This document shows, piece by piece, positions 1-11,976 of a stretch of DNA of 64,000 nucleotides. Every line of letters starts with the position of its first letter. Position 1 is the first letter of the stretch. The stretch lies in contig CAWDPO010000024.1 in NCBI GenBank assembly GCA_963804165.1, forward strand, positions 128,001 to 192,000, given 5' to 3'. A model generated the notes under the pieces. That model was not told the DNA's origin and did no database searches. It saw nothing but the letters and a program-made list of their open reading frames with translations. A program made the position numbers and the translations under genes. Origin of the DNA: an uncultured delta proteobacterium. Lineage in GTDB: Bacteria > Desulfobacterota > Binatia > UBA9968.

Positions 1-1639
1 AGAAACATCTGCGGCCAGCCATAATGAAGTTTTAGGATTGTTGGAGTTTCCTCTGTAGTAAAATTTGCAGAATAGGAATCGGTTTCCGGCAAGAGCCTCG
101 CACTGAACTCCTGCACGATCGCCTCGACAAGTCGCGCCGCGCTAATAATCCCGTACTCATTCGCGATGTCCACATATCCTACTGGGCGATTCGCGCGGGT
201 CACGAAGACCCGTGTAACAGGATAATCGACCACGTCCGTCAGTGCTGACGGGCATTGACAAACATCGATGGTTCGCGAGGCAAAACCGCTTCCTCGTTCC
301 GGCATGCCTTTCTTCAGCGTGTATTTTAGGTGCACTTCGCTCTGCGGCAAAGGACCGAACTTCTGTTCAACTTTCTTTGCGACTGAACGTGCCCGACAGT
401 AGCAAAAGACACCGACAAGCAAACCCCACATCTCAGCGAGAATCAGGCGTCTGTTAGAGCGGGCTGGACGGAGGAAAGAAATCAGCAGACGCCGCAGACC
501 CCGTTGCCAAAACCAGCGCAACCATAGTTTCAACAGACCTTCGACCTCATGAGGATAGGCGACGGCATTAGTAATCAAATAGCAGCAAAATGCCGTGCCC
601 CAGGAAAACATTTGCTTACGTAGGTCTTTATCCTCTCGTCGATGGACGTGGCGAACCATGGCACTGGGCTCGTAAAGTAAAGTGTATCCTTCCTTGATGA
701 CGCGAAAGAACATATCGATATCCCCGCCCCCGTTGGTGGGTGTACCTACGTCCAAGGCCGGATCAAAGAACCCGATATTTTCGAACAGCTCGCGACGGTA
801 TGCCATGTTCGCGCCTGTGCCAACCTTCCCTATTCCACCATGAGTTCGTGCGATTCGCCTATTCTTCTTGGTATCGGCACGATACCATTTGCGCCGAAAA
901 CCGCGGCCAAAGCCATGGTCCTTTTCAAATAAGGTCTGCGCGTTTGTCTCAAGTTCGTAGGGGACAACAAGGCCGGTAACAGCCATCACGTCGGGCTCTT
1001 GCGCGAACACGGCAGCCAGGGCAGATACCCAATTCGGATCTACCACGACGTCATCATCGGTATAGGCAATAATTTCACTGCGGGCCTCTACGATTGCCCG
1101 GTTACGTGCCCAGTCCAATCCCGGGCGTGGCTCACTTATATACCGGACGTTAGGATATTTCGTGCACGAGACGCTCGGTTGAATCGTCGCTGGGGGCGTT
1201 GTCAACGACAATTATTTCCAGCCCGGGATATTTGACGAGATTCAAAGAATCGAGACATCGTCTTAAGGCAGCCGTGCGGTCGCGTGTACAGACTGCCACT
1301 GTTACGGTTGGCAGCGGACCGCTGTACACTGGGGTGCGGGACTTCAAGCAAATCTTCGAGGCAAAATCCCGTGGGTTTGATGCCCGCGGCCAGACTGTCC
1401 GACAACATATGTCTGGTAATGGCCCCGATATGTTTCTCCAAGATCGCGTCTATCAGTGGCTCCGCCAGGCAGCGGTCCCCATCTACCGCCAACTTGACGA
1501 ATCCGATAGGAGCACCATGGAGACGGACCAATGCATGCAACTGGGCATAGCCATGCAAACCTTCGATCGTGTCGATTGGGCGACCGAGCTCAACGTCGAT
1601 TACTTTTGCCGGCCTTATTAGATGAATGGGGGCCTTCAA
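1..1639 (-). CDS. GT2 glycosyltransferase, large, with duplicated accessory domain; frameshifted and runs off the left edge
   Basis: Joined frames give VTVAVCTRDR...IIVVDNAPSDD...GLDWARN...AYTDDDVVVD...GANMAYRR...GGGDIDMFFR, the GT-A/GT2 motifs. Probable TTG start overlaps the wzt stop. Confidence 0.85.
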
Positions 1640-2881
1640 TCCGGGGTGAAGCTGGACCAAGCTGGGCTCACAGAGATCACACCGGACACTCCCGGGGATG
1701 TTCCCGTAGAGCTCTCTATTCGCAAGACGTGCATGTGCCAGTGGTAGTCGTAGCAGTAGTTCCAGTCGACAGGATAGAGTCCTAGATCGATATAATAACG
1801 GCCCGCGAGGAGGGGCAGCTTCGGTAACTGGCAATAAAGCGTTCCGCTGTTGCCGCGCCACGGCGAAATCGCGCTGACTGATGACACAACGGTCTCGAAA
1901 CACTTCACGTTGGCTTCACTATAAATTCCCAAGATCACGGCCATGTCCGAGAGAGGTTTCGTAAGATCGTATTCAAGCGCAACGGTTACATTATCCCCGC
2001 TTAGCACCGCGTCCGTGGACCTACCTTGCTCGTCAAGGATTCGAACAGAACGAATCGTTGCTTCTTGTGTTCCTACGCGCCTCCCTCTTTCAACGGAGAG
2101 ATCGGGTAAATTTCCTCCCGAGAGTTGCGCCGCGCGCCTTTCCGATCGCTGCCGCATCAAGTCGTTGTAGCACTCGAGAGCGTCCTTTGGATGAGCCTGA
2201 GTGACGACTCGCCCCTCCTCCAACACGATCACCTCGTCGCACAGGATCTGGATCTGGTCCTTATTGTGGGATACCAGACACCAACGATTTCCCGGCTTTT
2301 CGAAAGGCGTTTAATCTGTCGAGGCATTTCTCCTGAAAGCGGGCGTCCCCAACCGCCAATACCTCGTCGACCATCAAAACATCAGGATCGAAATGGATCG
2401 CTGCAGCGAAGGCCAGTCGCACGTACATGCCGCTCGAATAGGTCCGTACCGGTTGATCGATAAAATCCTCCAGCTCAGCAAAGGCGATGATCTCCTCCTG
2501 CTCCGCCAGGATCTGTTTTCGCGTGAGCCCGTTGAGAATTCCCACAGTCACGATGTTTTCCCTGCCGGTCAAATCACAGACAATCCACTGCCGAGATCCA
2601 GCAGGCCGCTCACCTGCCCGCGATGTTCGATACGCCCGCGCGTGGGTCGTCCAAGACCGCAAAGCAAGCGCAGCAAAGTGCTTTTGCCGGCGCCGTTATG
2701 TCCGATGATCCCCAAAACCTTCCCCTGCTCTAGAGCAAAGCTGATATCCTTGAGTGCCCATAGTGTTTCGCTGTCTTTGACTGGAAGCCCAGTATCGGAT
2801 CAACGAATCTACCAAAGTTAAACGCTTGCGTTGAACCGTAAAGCACTTTGCGACGGAGTCTACAATTAATGCGCTAGCCAT
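1636..2881 (-). CDS. wzt: Polysaccharide ABC exporter ATPase with Wzt C-terminal domain (copy 1, frameshifted)
   Basis: Walker A region (G.NGAGKST) near 2680-2705, LTGRENI, YSSGMYVRLAF and VDEVLAVGD, plus a Wzt_C-like C-terminus (ORFs 2261-2662 and 1636-2232). Confidence 0.9.
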
Positions 2882-2922
2882 ACCTATTTCATCAAAAGGC
2901 GCGAGAGCTTTCCGGCACTCTC

Positions 2923-3689
2923 CTACAAAGCATCGTATACGCTCGATAGCTGCCGGCTGTAAATGAACTGACCGAGCCCCCATAACGCAACGCTTGCGAT
3001 CGCCAGAAGCACCAGCGAGCTCAACTCAGGCACATTGCCGTAAAAAAAGATTTGACGATATCCTTGGATGAGAACCGCGAGCGGGTTCCATGTGTATAGG
3101 GCTTGATACTTTTCCCCGACGGTTGTCGACCTGATAGAAAATCGGGGTGAGATAGAACAGAGGCATCACCGCCAAGTTCACCATGTACCTTACGTCGCCG
3201 TAGACGACGTTCAAACTGGCGGTGATCAGACTTATGCCGACGATTAACAGACACTGGATCGACAGCAGCACCGGAAGAAATAGAAGAGCTGGGGTTAGAC
3301 TTCGATCGTAGAAGATCAGCATCGCCAGGAGCACCGGCAAAAACACCAGGTAGTTAATGAGCTCCACCAAGGTATTGACGATGACTAACGTAGAAGGTTC
3401 GAAGTTAGGGCGTCGCACCAAATCACGATTACTGCTAAACAGCAGACTAGACGAAGTAACACAATTGCTGAACCATGCCCACGGCAGTAACGCGCTCAAA
3501 ACAAAGGCGGGATAGGCCTCTATTCCTAACGGGAACAACCTGCTTGAACAGAAACACCAGCGTCAACAGTTGGGTCAATGTAGGCACGATGGACCATAAG
3601 ACTCCGAACGCTGACTTTCTGTATCGAACCGCAAGATCGCGCCACACCAGGTGAAACAACAGATCCAAGCGGTTTGCCCTGGGCTTCAC
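2923..3689 (-). CDS. wzm: Polysaccharide ABC exporter permease (copy 1, frameshifted; start may be as far up as 3783)
   Basis: RDLAVRYRKSAFGVLW, YGDVRY, FYLTPIFY and WNPLAVLIQGYRQIF (joined frames), typical ABC-2 Wzm motifs; adjacent to wzt. Confidence 0.9.
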
Positions 3690-3918
3690 AGGAGTACGTG
3701 TTTTTTACAACCGTTGTTGCGATAGGAAGTCTGATGTACTGCGAGAGACTTCTCTGTATTTCAGCTGCTCTGAGCAATTGCATGGGTGTGGCTATTCTTT
3801 CCAGACAATATTTACTTTCTCTGATCGGGATCTAAAAAGTGCAATGAAGTGCCTTTTGCGTTGTTTTTAGTCTCTTGTAATTGTTGCGTCCGCCGAGGGG
3901 TTCAAATATCCTATCGCA

Positions 3919-4626
3919 TTACCAATGACTGTTGACGGTCATGACCAAGCGTTCGCCTTCGAGAATAGACGGGACGCCATGAAATGTTAAATCACCAAAA
4001 AACACAATGATTGTCCCTACTTCATAGTGTACTTTTGTACTGCCGAACCAATCGCGAAACCATATAAAGTGTCTTAACAAGCGTGCGATAGACGCGCTTA
4101 GTAGATACGGCGAAAACCGTTTACGTAAATTAGGAAACAGCTCCACGTCCGGCCGAGCATGCTGGCCACGTGGCGGCAACATAATCGGCAAAACTAGATT
4201 TATATACGCCCCATCGAAATGATAATCCGTCTCTGCAGTCGTTGCGCCGCCACGAGCATCTTTATAGGGGAACCCGACGACCTGGCGGGAACGTTCGAGA
4301 GGCATCGGGTTTTTTCCTTCGATTTCACGACGCGCGTTATGCAATGCTTCACACATCGAAAATATTTCGTCTGAATACGCAAGATCGTGAGCGAGGGTCC
4401 CCTTCAATTGCTCGTTTTTTTTATTGATGATCCTGCGCGACTCACCCAGCGCCTTGAGTTGAGCAAAAATATCCTCGGCGAGGAACTCGGGGAGTTGCAC
4501 GTATCCCTTGTTCAATATTTCCTGGGCGAGAGCCTTGATCTTATCCGGGTCATTGAAAATATCGAGATACTTGCGGTTGATGAACGTCGATCCCGCATCA
4601 TTATGTTCGTGCAACACGGAAAGCAT
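3919..4626 (-). CDS. Putative 2-oxoglutarate/Fe(II)-dependent oxygenase
   Basis: 235-aa intact ORF with HxD (YHFDG), distal His (TFHGV) and Arg (ERLV), and an N-terminal GYVQLPEFL strand as in PhyH/2OG oxygenases. Confidence 0.6.
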   Translation of the reverse strand: MLSVLHEHNDAGSTFINRKYLDIFNDPDKIKALAQEILNKGYVQLPEFLAEDIFAQLKALGESRRIINKKNEQLKGTLAHDLAYSDEIFSMCEALHNARREIEGKNPMPLERSRQVVGFPYKDARGGATTAETDYHFDGAYINLVLPIMLPPRGQHARPDVELFPNLRKRFSPYLLSASIARLLRHFIWFRDWFGSTKVHYEVGTIIVFFGDLTFHGVPSILEGERLVMTVNSHW

Positions 4627-4687
4627 CCCTAATCTCCCCAGCCCGGCTTTTTATCGTTAAACATCAGCCTTTTGGTCTTGTCGTGAA

Positions 4688-5669
4688 TCATCTCGATCTT
4701 AGGTACCACTCCACGGCCCGATGCAATGCGTCTTCCATGGTCACGGGCTGTTTGAATCCGAGATTGCGCAGCGAAGTCGCATCAAAGTTTGTCGGCCGAC
4801 AAAACTTCTTAATCCTCGCAGAAGTGATGGGCAGGTCTCTGCGAGTCACAGCCGCGGCAATATCTGCGACATGAGCCAGGGGGGCGGCAATTCCAAGAGG
4901 AACGCTCCATTTAGGCGGTCTCTTCTGAAGGAAGGCGCAAATTTGCCGGACCATGCTCGCTGTAGAAAGTTTCGGTTCATCGACATAGATGAAAGTCTGA
5001 ATGCCTTCCCTCATTCTTTCTATCAGGAAAATCGTGGCCGCCACCAGATTCTCGATGTAGGAGGTCGCTTTGATGGCATCGCCCTTCCCCACCATAATAA
5101 ATCGATTCGTATGAATGGAATCGATCAATCTATAGACGTTGGTATTCGGTGGATTGTCGGGCCCGAAAACTACCGAGGGGCGTACTATGGTAATTCGTGC
5201 CGACGGCTCTCTCTCGGCGAATTGGCGGAAGAGCATTTCACCTTCTGCTTTTGACTCTCCGTAAGCGCCCTGGGGGGCATGCGGGGCTGATTCATTTAAT
5301 GCCGCGGCACTCGGCCCCAACACGCCGACAGAGCTAAAAAACAGCCAATTTTTTATGTTCCTCTGTTCACCGCGCGACCTGCAAAAGTCTGCGCGTCGCG
5401 GTGACGTTGTCGTCAAAATATTCCTTGTCCGACAGCCCCCAATCATCTTTGGCAGCCGCCAGATGGCATACCATGTCGATGTCATCTGGAATTTGTTTCA
5501 AGACTGTCTCGTCCCGCAAATCACCGTGGATGAAGCCGTCAAGGCTATCCACTGTATTGGGGTAGGACTTTCGATCCAAGCCGATAACAGAAAACTTCTT
5601 CTGTCTCAGAAAGGGCACCATGGTATGAGCGATATATCCACTGCATCCGGTTAAAAGAATTTTGTTCAT
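4688..5669 (-). CDS. NAD-dependent epimerase/dehydratase (frameshifted)
   Basis: MNKILLTGCSGYIA Rossmann motif, HLAA, FFSSVGV, YGESKAEGE (YxxxK), RPSVVFGP. Confidence 0.9.
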
Positions 5670-5670
5670 A

Positions 5671-6804
5671 TCAGCTACCAAGCAGCCTTTCGTACAACTT
5701 AAAATTCTCGTTAATGACTTTTTCAAGGGAGAACTCGCTCTCGGCGAACGCGCGGGCTTTTCGTCCCATGGAGATTCTCAATTCCGGGTCTCTGATGAGG
5801 GTGCGCAGCGCATCGGCCAAGGCGCGGCTGTCCCTTGGAGGCACCAACAAACCAGTATCGCCGTGACGTACGACTTCGCGGCATCCTGAAACATCGGTCG
5901 TCACAACTGGCTTTCCACAGGAGGCGGCCTCGATGAGAACCTGAGGAGCACCCTCTCGGTAGGAGGGCAAGCAGACAATGTGAGCTTCCGAAAAGAGGCC
6001 CACCATATCCTGGCAATACCCTCGCCATTCAACCACGCCGCTCTCATGCCACTCTTTCAACTGCGCTGCCGGAATGCCCGCCGGGTTTTCAGGGTCCGGA
6101 TCGCCAACCAGAACAAAATGGGCCCGGACTCCTTCCTGTCTCAAGCTCTTGGCAGCCTCGACAAACTCAACGACACCCTTGTCTCGAAGCATTCTCGACG
6201 CGAGAATGACAGTCGGAATACCCGGGCTCTCTGCCAGCATTCGATACTTTCTAACATCCACGCCGCAGCCCACGATGAGGTTTAATCGCTCACGAGCGAT
6301 GCGAAACTCTTCGTTGAAGAAAGCCAAATCGTCCTGGTTCTGGAAAATGAAATCGTCCCCAGCGCGCTTGAGCAATCGTGGCATAATCGTGGACACAGCT
6401 TTTCCAAGGAGACGAGCCTTTAGACTCTGTGAGGTAAAAGCATAGCCCAAGCCGGTTACCGTCATGAGAACAGCCGACTTACTGGGACGTAGGAATGCAA
6501 GTCCTCCGACGCACATCGCCTTGAGGGTATAGATGTGGATCAGATCCGGTTTCAGCTTTTCGAAGAGTTTGGCCAAATCAAATCCGAACATCAGAGGCTT
6601 TACTACCGATCGATCCGTAGAGTTACGGGACAATTTGTGGAACATCATGCCCTGAGATGAAATCGCATCGATGTCCTCTTCTCTCCGGCTCAGTGCCGTA
6701 ACATGCACTTCCGCAAGGCGATCTCGAACAGCGACAGCTAGGGGAAGCCGATGCGCCACAAAATATTGGGAACGGTTGTCGACAAAGAGAATCTTTTTTT
6801 TCAT
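5671..6804 (-). CDS. GT4 glycosyltransferase (CapM-like)
   Basis: Intact 377 aa; SRMLRDKGVVEF, LPSYREGAPQVLIEAASCGKPVVTTDVSGC. Confidence 0.92.
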   Translation of the reverse strand: MKKKILFVDNRSQYFVAHRLPLAVAVRDRLAEVHVTALSRREEDIDAISSQGMMFHKLSRNSTDRSVVKPLMFGFDLAKLFEKLKPDLIHIYTLKAMCVGGLAFLRPSKSAVLMTVTGLGYAFTSQSLKARLLGKAVSTIMPRLLKRAGDDFIFQNQDDLAFFNEEFRIARERLNLIVGCGVDVRKYRMLAESPGIPTVILASRMLRDKGVVEFVEAAKSLRQEGVRAHFVLVGDPDPENPAGIPAAQLKEWHESGVVEWRGYCQDMVGLFSEAHIVCLPSYREGAPQVLIEAASCGKPVVTTDVSGCREVVRHGDTGLLVPPRDSRALADALRTLIRDPELRISMGRKARAFAESEFSLEKVINENFKLYERLLGS

Positions 6805-6824
6805 TGAAGATTAACGATTCTTAC

Positions 6825-6974
6825 CCAGCGCGGCAGAGCCGCAACCAAAGGAGCACAAGAAGGACTCACCGCAGAGGCACAGAGGTCGCAGAGTTAGGAG
6901 TTTGACTTGATAAAATTCTTTCTCGGCGTACTCCGCGTCTCCGCGGTAAATTCTCTCTGGTCCGCTCCGGTTGC
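6825..6974. repeat. Intergenic REP-like nested palindrome
   Basis: Outer GCAACC(6841)/GGTTGC(6969); inner imperfect arms ACCGCAGAGGCACAGAGGTCGCAGAG (6868-6893) and CTCGGCGTACTCCGCGTCTCCGCGGT (6922-6947). Confidence 0.75.
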
Positions 6975-7002
6975 ATCTTGTTAGAAGTATTTCCGTAATC
7001 CC

Positions 7003-8145
7003 TCAGGCTACGGATCTCTTCAACGCACGTTCGCGGAGAACATCTTCGTAGAGCAACAAGGTTTCCTCTGCCATTTTTCCAGCAGAAAAATGGCTGTAAA
7101 CTCTTGCTTGCCCATGTTTCCCCATTTCTTGGGCTTGTTCAGGATGGGTAAAGAGCCACGCGATGGCATTGGCCATGGCTCGAGGATCGTCGCGTGGTAC
7201 TAAAAAACCCGTCTCGCCTTCTCTGATAATCTCCGTGAGCGGGGCTATCTTGCTCGCCACTACCGGTTTACCCGCCGCCATCGCTTCAATGACAACCTGA
7301 CCGAATCCCTCCGATTGCGTCGCAAACGCGAATACATCAATCGCGCTTAAGAATGCGGCGATATCACTCTGGAAGCCGACCAGGCGCACTTCCTTTCTAA
7401 GATTTAATCTGTCGATCAGCGACTCTAACTCTTTGCCGTATCCCCAGGGATCATGCCCGGCTATCACCAGAGAGACACCGGGAACAATTTTCTTAAGTTC
7501 GGCGATTGCGTGGAGTAAACAGTCATAGCCTTTACGCGGCTCGAGACGGCCAATAGTTCCGATGACGAGCTTGTCATCCAATGCCCACTGCCGTTTTAGG
7601 TCCGATTGAGATAGTGAAAAACGCTCCGGCTCAATTCCATAGTGGATCACCGATACTTTTTCATCCGGCACGGCCCGCTCTTTTATCAGCCAATCCTTGA
7701 CCGCATGAGAAATCGCAATCACCCTGTCCGCCCTAGGCCAGATAAAGTTGAAAAGAGGTAGAGTCCATCGTCCGGACCACGAATTGTCGTGAATATCGTG
7801 CACCGAACAGACCCAGGGGACGGATGGATGCAACAGACGCCGGCAAGCCCCAGCTATATCGGCTCGCGGCAGATGAGTATGCAGGATATCTGGCCGCTCC
7901 TTTGCGACGAGACCAGCGAGTCTACTAATCGAGCGCAGATCAAACCGGCCATCCGCTTCCAAGCGGATCACTCGGATCCCCTCATCCTCAAAGTCGCCGC
8001 CCAGTGATCGACTGCCTTTGACTTGCTCGCGCAGACACGCCACCACCGGCTCTAGCCCCTGCCGTTTCAGGTGACGGCATAGAGTCAAAAGATGCAGTTC
8101 CGCCCCGCCGGCAGAAAGGGTATTGATGAGGTGAAGAATTTTCAC
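7003..8145 (-). CDS. GT4 glycosyltransferase
   Basis: Intact 380 aa; GGAE N-terminus, GRLEPRKG, EGFGQVVIEAMAAGKPVV. Confidence 0.92.
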   Translation of the reverse strand: MKILHLINTLSAGGAELHLLTLCRHLKRQGLEPVVACLREQVKGSRSLGGDFEDEGIRVIRLEADGRFDLRSISRLAGLVAKERPDILHTHLPRADIAGACRRLLHPSVPWVCSVHDIHDNSWSGRWTLPLFNFIWPRADRVIAISHAVKDWLIKERAVPDEKVSVIHYGIEPERFSLSQSDLKRQWALDDKLVIGTIGRLEPRKGYDCLLHAIAELKKIVPGVSLVIAGHDPWGYGKELESLIDRLNLRKEVRLVGFQSDIAAFLSAIDVFAFATQSEGFGQVVIEAMAAGKPVVASKIAPLTEIIREGETGFLVPRDDPRAMANAIAWLFTHPEQAQEMGKHGQARVYSHFSAGKMAEETLLLYEDVLRERALKRSVA

Positions 8146-8170
8146 GTCTGTTGGCAGCAGGCAAAGACTT

Positions 8171-9647
8171 TTAGACGTTTCTCTTTATCACCCGCAATTG
8201 CTCCACTCTTTTTCTTTCGAGCTGCGCCACATTCGCCAGCAGAGCGAGGAAAGTGAACGCCAGCATAGTTTCAATCTGCCCACCGAACAGAGCACTGTTG
8301 TTCCACCAGATCAGCAGATAGATGAGTCCCAGCGCATAGAATTGCGCCCACACTCTATAAGGAGATTCAGCGGGTATATTCTTGACGATTCGGGCGACGC
8401 TCTTTCCCGTGCGAAAGCAGACCCAGACAAACAGGGCGAATCCGATGATCCCCAACTCCGCCAGGAACTGGATGTACATATTGTGAAGTGAGGTTACCGG
8501 CTGTTACAAAAAAAGCATTGCTATGCAGATGAGAGAACGTCTCGGTCACAGCCGTCAGCAATTGAGGGGAAGTGATAACCGCCTGGGATGTAGTAGCCTG
8601 CCATCCCACACCTACCAAGGGGTTGGCTAAAAAAATCCAAAGTCCCGCATAGGCGATCATAAGGCGCTCGGCGAACGAGCCACCGCTAAGATCAGCGGAG
8701 CCTGACACGTCGCCCTGTCGGAAATTGAAGATAGCCAGTGCAGCAGCCGTCATCATGATTGTACTAACCACAGCCCACCTCAATAGGTCGAATCGTCGGG
8801 ATCGCATGCTTGCGAAGTACACGGTGACAGTTACCGCGACGGCAAATGCAGCAGTAGCCGTTTTAGCCAAGTAAAGGCCCAATAAGCCCGACTGCAAGGG
8901 AGACAATCCATGCCATCGACCGGCGGTTCCCGTCTCTCTCAATGAGGGCATATAATACCAATAAACCTGACACGAGCCCTAAAGGGCCGATACCGATCAC
9001 ACCACCAGATCGGACTGCAAGCGCTCCGGCTGCCGTGAGTCCCCAGACGAGCGCGGCCCCGACAGCTACAGTGGCCATAGAAAAAAAAATCAGAGCTTTG
9101 TTAAAGAATTGCATGTCCCAATCTATCCCTTAAAGTAACGCAAAGTACTGGGACAAATGATGCGGTTAGGAGCAACCGCATGTAGGACGCTATAGAAGCG
9201 CCGATGAAAATCCGGCGCGGAAATACGCACTAAGACCACAGACAGACCGATGTATAAGAGAAAGACCAACAGTGGCGTAAATAGTTCGCGGACCTCGGTT
9301 AAAATGGCAGTGCGGCGTCCGATAACACTCCGGGCCAGAACCATGCCGATGAACAAGCAAAACACTCCATCGATGTAACGGAGCGACAATGGGCCAACTT
9401 CCATTAACGGCGAAAGCAATGATGGACTGACAAAGCCAAAGCCAATAAACGCAGCCGCACCGAGTACCGGACGCATAGCCATGAGCAAGAGAACGGGTAG
9501 AATGAGAGGTGCTAGTGCTAGCCAGAAGTTTTTTCCACTCGTAGCTTGCTCCACAACGATCGGTGTTAGCAAACCTATGGCAATGCCGAACAGCCCGAAG
9601 TGAACGATGGCATTGCTTTCTCTGCTTACGAAGTTGCCCTTGTGCAT
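8171..9647 (-). CDS. O-antigen ligase / Wzy polymerase-like membrane protein (frameshifted into 4 ORFs)
   Basis: Multi-TM fragments; SFAERLMIAYAGLWIFLANPLVGVGW and (H)NMYIQFLAELGIIGFALF match the Wzy_C/WaaL signature. Confidence 0.8.
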
Positions 9648-9673
9648 TTGTTACTCCGGTTAACGTGCGAACT

Positions 9674-10841
9674 TTAAATACTTAACCGTGTAAGTATTTC
9701 ACTAGCCCTCTGCTCCCAAGTGTAACTTTGAACATCCCTCGTCGCCTGTTTCGCTAGTCTTTGTGCTACAGCATTATTCTCGAGAAGAGAGTGAATTCCC
9801 TGTGCTAGAGCGCTGGGGTCGTCCGGTTTTACCAGCCACGCGCTTTCTCCATGCCGGATAACTTCGCGATGGGACGGCAAATCACTTGCAACTATCGGCA
9901 CCCCTGCCGCCATATATTCGAAAAGCTTCAGAGGCGAAGTATAATATCTGGAGTGGACGGATTTCATTGAATGTGGCAGCGCCAGCACATCCGCGGCCTT
10001 TTGAAACAAGAGAGCATCCGAATGCGACTTGAATCCTGTTAACGTTACATTATTCCCGTCAACTTCCCGGAGCACTCGTTGCAACGGCTCCTTCGTCTGG
10101 TGGCGCGTCACCCACAATAACAATACCAATACCGTTCAGCATCGGGGCTGCTCTTACTAGAACTATCAACACCCTTCTCACCGGAAAGCTTCCCGGTGTA
10201 AACAACCAGCGGCTTATCCAAAGGTAGGCCAAGTCTTTGTCTTGCTTCTTTTTTAGTCATTGAGCAGCTCAACGTGTCGAGTTCTACGCCGTCGTGGAGC
10301 GTCAACAGCTTATCAGAGGGGACGTGCACTTGGCTTTCCAGATCTGCTCGCAAGTGCTCTGTAACCGCCAGCACAAGTTTAACGCTGGTTTGCTGAGATG
10401 CCCAACGGATGAATATCCGCTCGTGTCCCTTCGGCATCTCATGTATCTCAAGTACCGTAGGCAAGCCTCGTCGTCCTAGCCACCAGGCAATCATAGGCTC
10501 TCTGACGAAAAAAGAGATCGACCTTCGATTTTGAGATCAAATGACTCACTATTCCGCACCAGACAAAAGCATGAAGAAACGAAGGGAGAAGATCTTAACT
10601 TCTCCAATTTAAAACTTTTGCTTATAGGAAAAACCGCTCGCGGCAACGGTTTCAGCATGATCTGTGGCTTCGAATCATCGAAGCGAAGCGGATCATTTTT
10701 GGCGTAAGGGGAAGGTATGTAATATAAGGTGGTTTGAAAACCTAGCTTTGCAAATGCATGTCCCATGGAAATGGTTTGCAATCCATTTGCCTGCCGGGTC
10801 GGTAACCAGCCGGTTCTTAAAATCACTACAGACCCTGCCAT
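9674..10841 (-). CDS. GT4 glycosyltransferase (frameshifted)
   Basis: ANGLQTISMGHAF, YTGKLSGEKGVD, TSPLKLFEYMAAGVPIVASDLP. Confidence 0.88.
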
Positions 10842-10889
10842 TCCTGTTGCCTCAGAACTAAAGCATCGTCTCTCTGGTAAGCTCGAGAG

Positions 10890-11976
10890 TTACCGCGATT
10901 TTTTCTCTACTAACCGGGCGAAAAGGTCGACCAGTTTCGTGGCAAGACCGTCGAGGCTGTGCAGCTTCATCACCTGTTCCCTCAGATACTGTCCAATGCG
11001 TTGCGTTTCGGTATCGGTCAAAGATAATGCCCAGCGCAGGCGGGCAGCGAGACTCTCCGCGTCTCCGTGGCGGAAAAGCAGCAGGTCCGCGTACCTGCCG
11101 AATGTATCTCGAAAGCCTTCATTTGCAGCTACACAAAGCTTCCCGCAACTCATCGCTTCCCACGCGACTTTGTCGCCGAAACCGGTCGGCGTCAGATTCA
11201 CATAGACCGCGCAACGCCGGTACCAGAACGGGAGCTTTTCCATGGAAACCGCGGGCTCGAACTTAACAATATTTTCCAATCCTAACTCGCTAATCTGTTG
11301 ATGAAGCAATCGGACATAGGACTCGTCACGAGGAGCGGCAGGCCCTCCGACAATCACGACTCGGAAAAGTTGGTCAGAAGTTTGTCGCAAGAGCCAAGCT
11401 GCCTTAAGGAGGGTCGGGTGATCTTTGACCGGCGACAGCCGGCCTACACAAAGGATCATAGGGTGGAGCTCCGGGGATGTCTCCCCAGTCGGGTGAGAAC
11501 AGCTCTGTGTCAATGCCCTGCCCAATCGCAATCAATTTGTCGCGCTTATACGGATAAGCTGTCGGGAAGCTCGCAACCATGTGAGTCGAGAAACGAGTGA
11601 GCCACCTTTAAAATCGGCGTCACTGCTCGGATGTGCATACCAGGTCACGATCGGGATCCTTTTAGGTCTCAATACGGGTGCCGCCAGTACCGTAAAAAGC
11701 GTTATCATATGCGAGAAGCATGCATCGATACGGTCTTCCCGTAAAACGCGAAAAAGCAACCGATAGAACTCGAAAGCTCGCCGCGGCTCACTGTAGCCTT
11801 TCTCCTTACCCACTGAGTAAACTCGCACGTTGCCTGGCACCTCGAGTCGGCCCACTCGCATGGTGATGACATGGATGAACTCCACCCGCTTCGCCAGGGC
11901 ACCGAATCCAGCGCGTCGTAAAGCCCAGAAGCGGGTCATCGGCATCAGTTGCCAGGTTAAACAGTAGAATGCGCAT
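10890..11976 (-). CDS. GT4 glycosyltransferase (frameshifted)
   Basis: Start MRILLFNLATDADDP overlaps the upstream gene; VGRLSPVKD, GFGDKVAWEAMSCG. Confidence 0.85.

Noticed and set aside
585-600. sigma54-like GGCACGGCATTTTGC on the minus strand
   Set aside because: GG-to-GC spacing is one base too long, and it lies within GT2 coding sequence.
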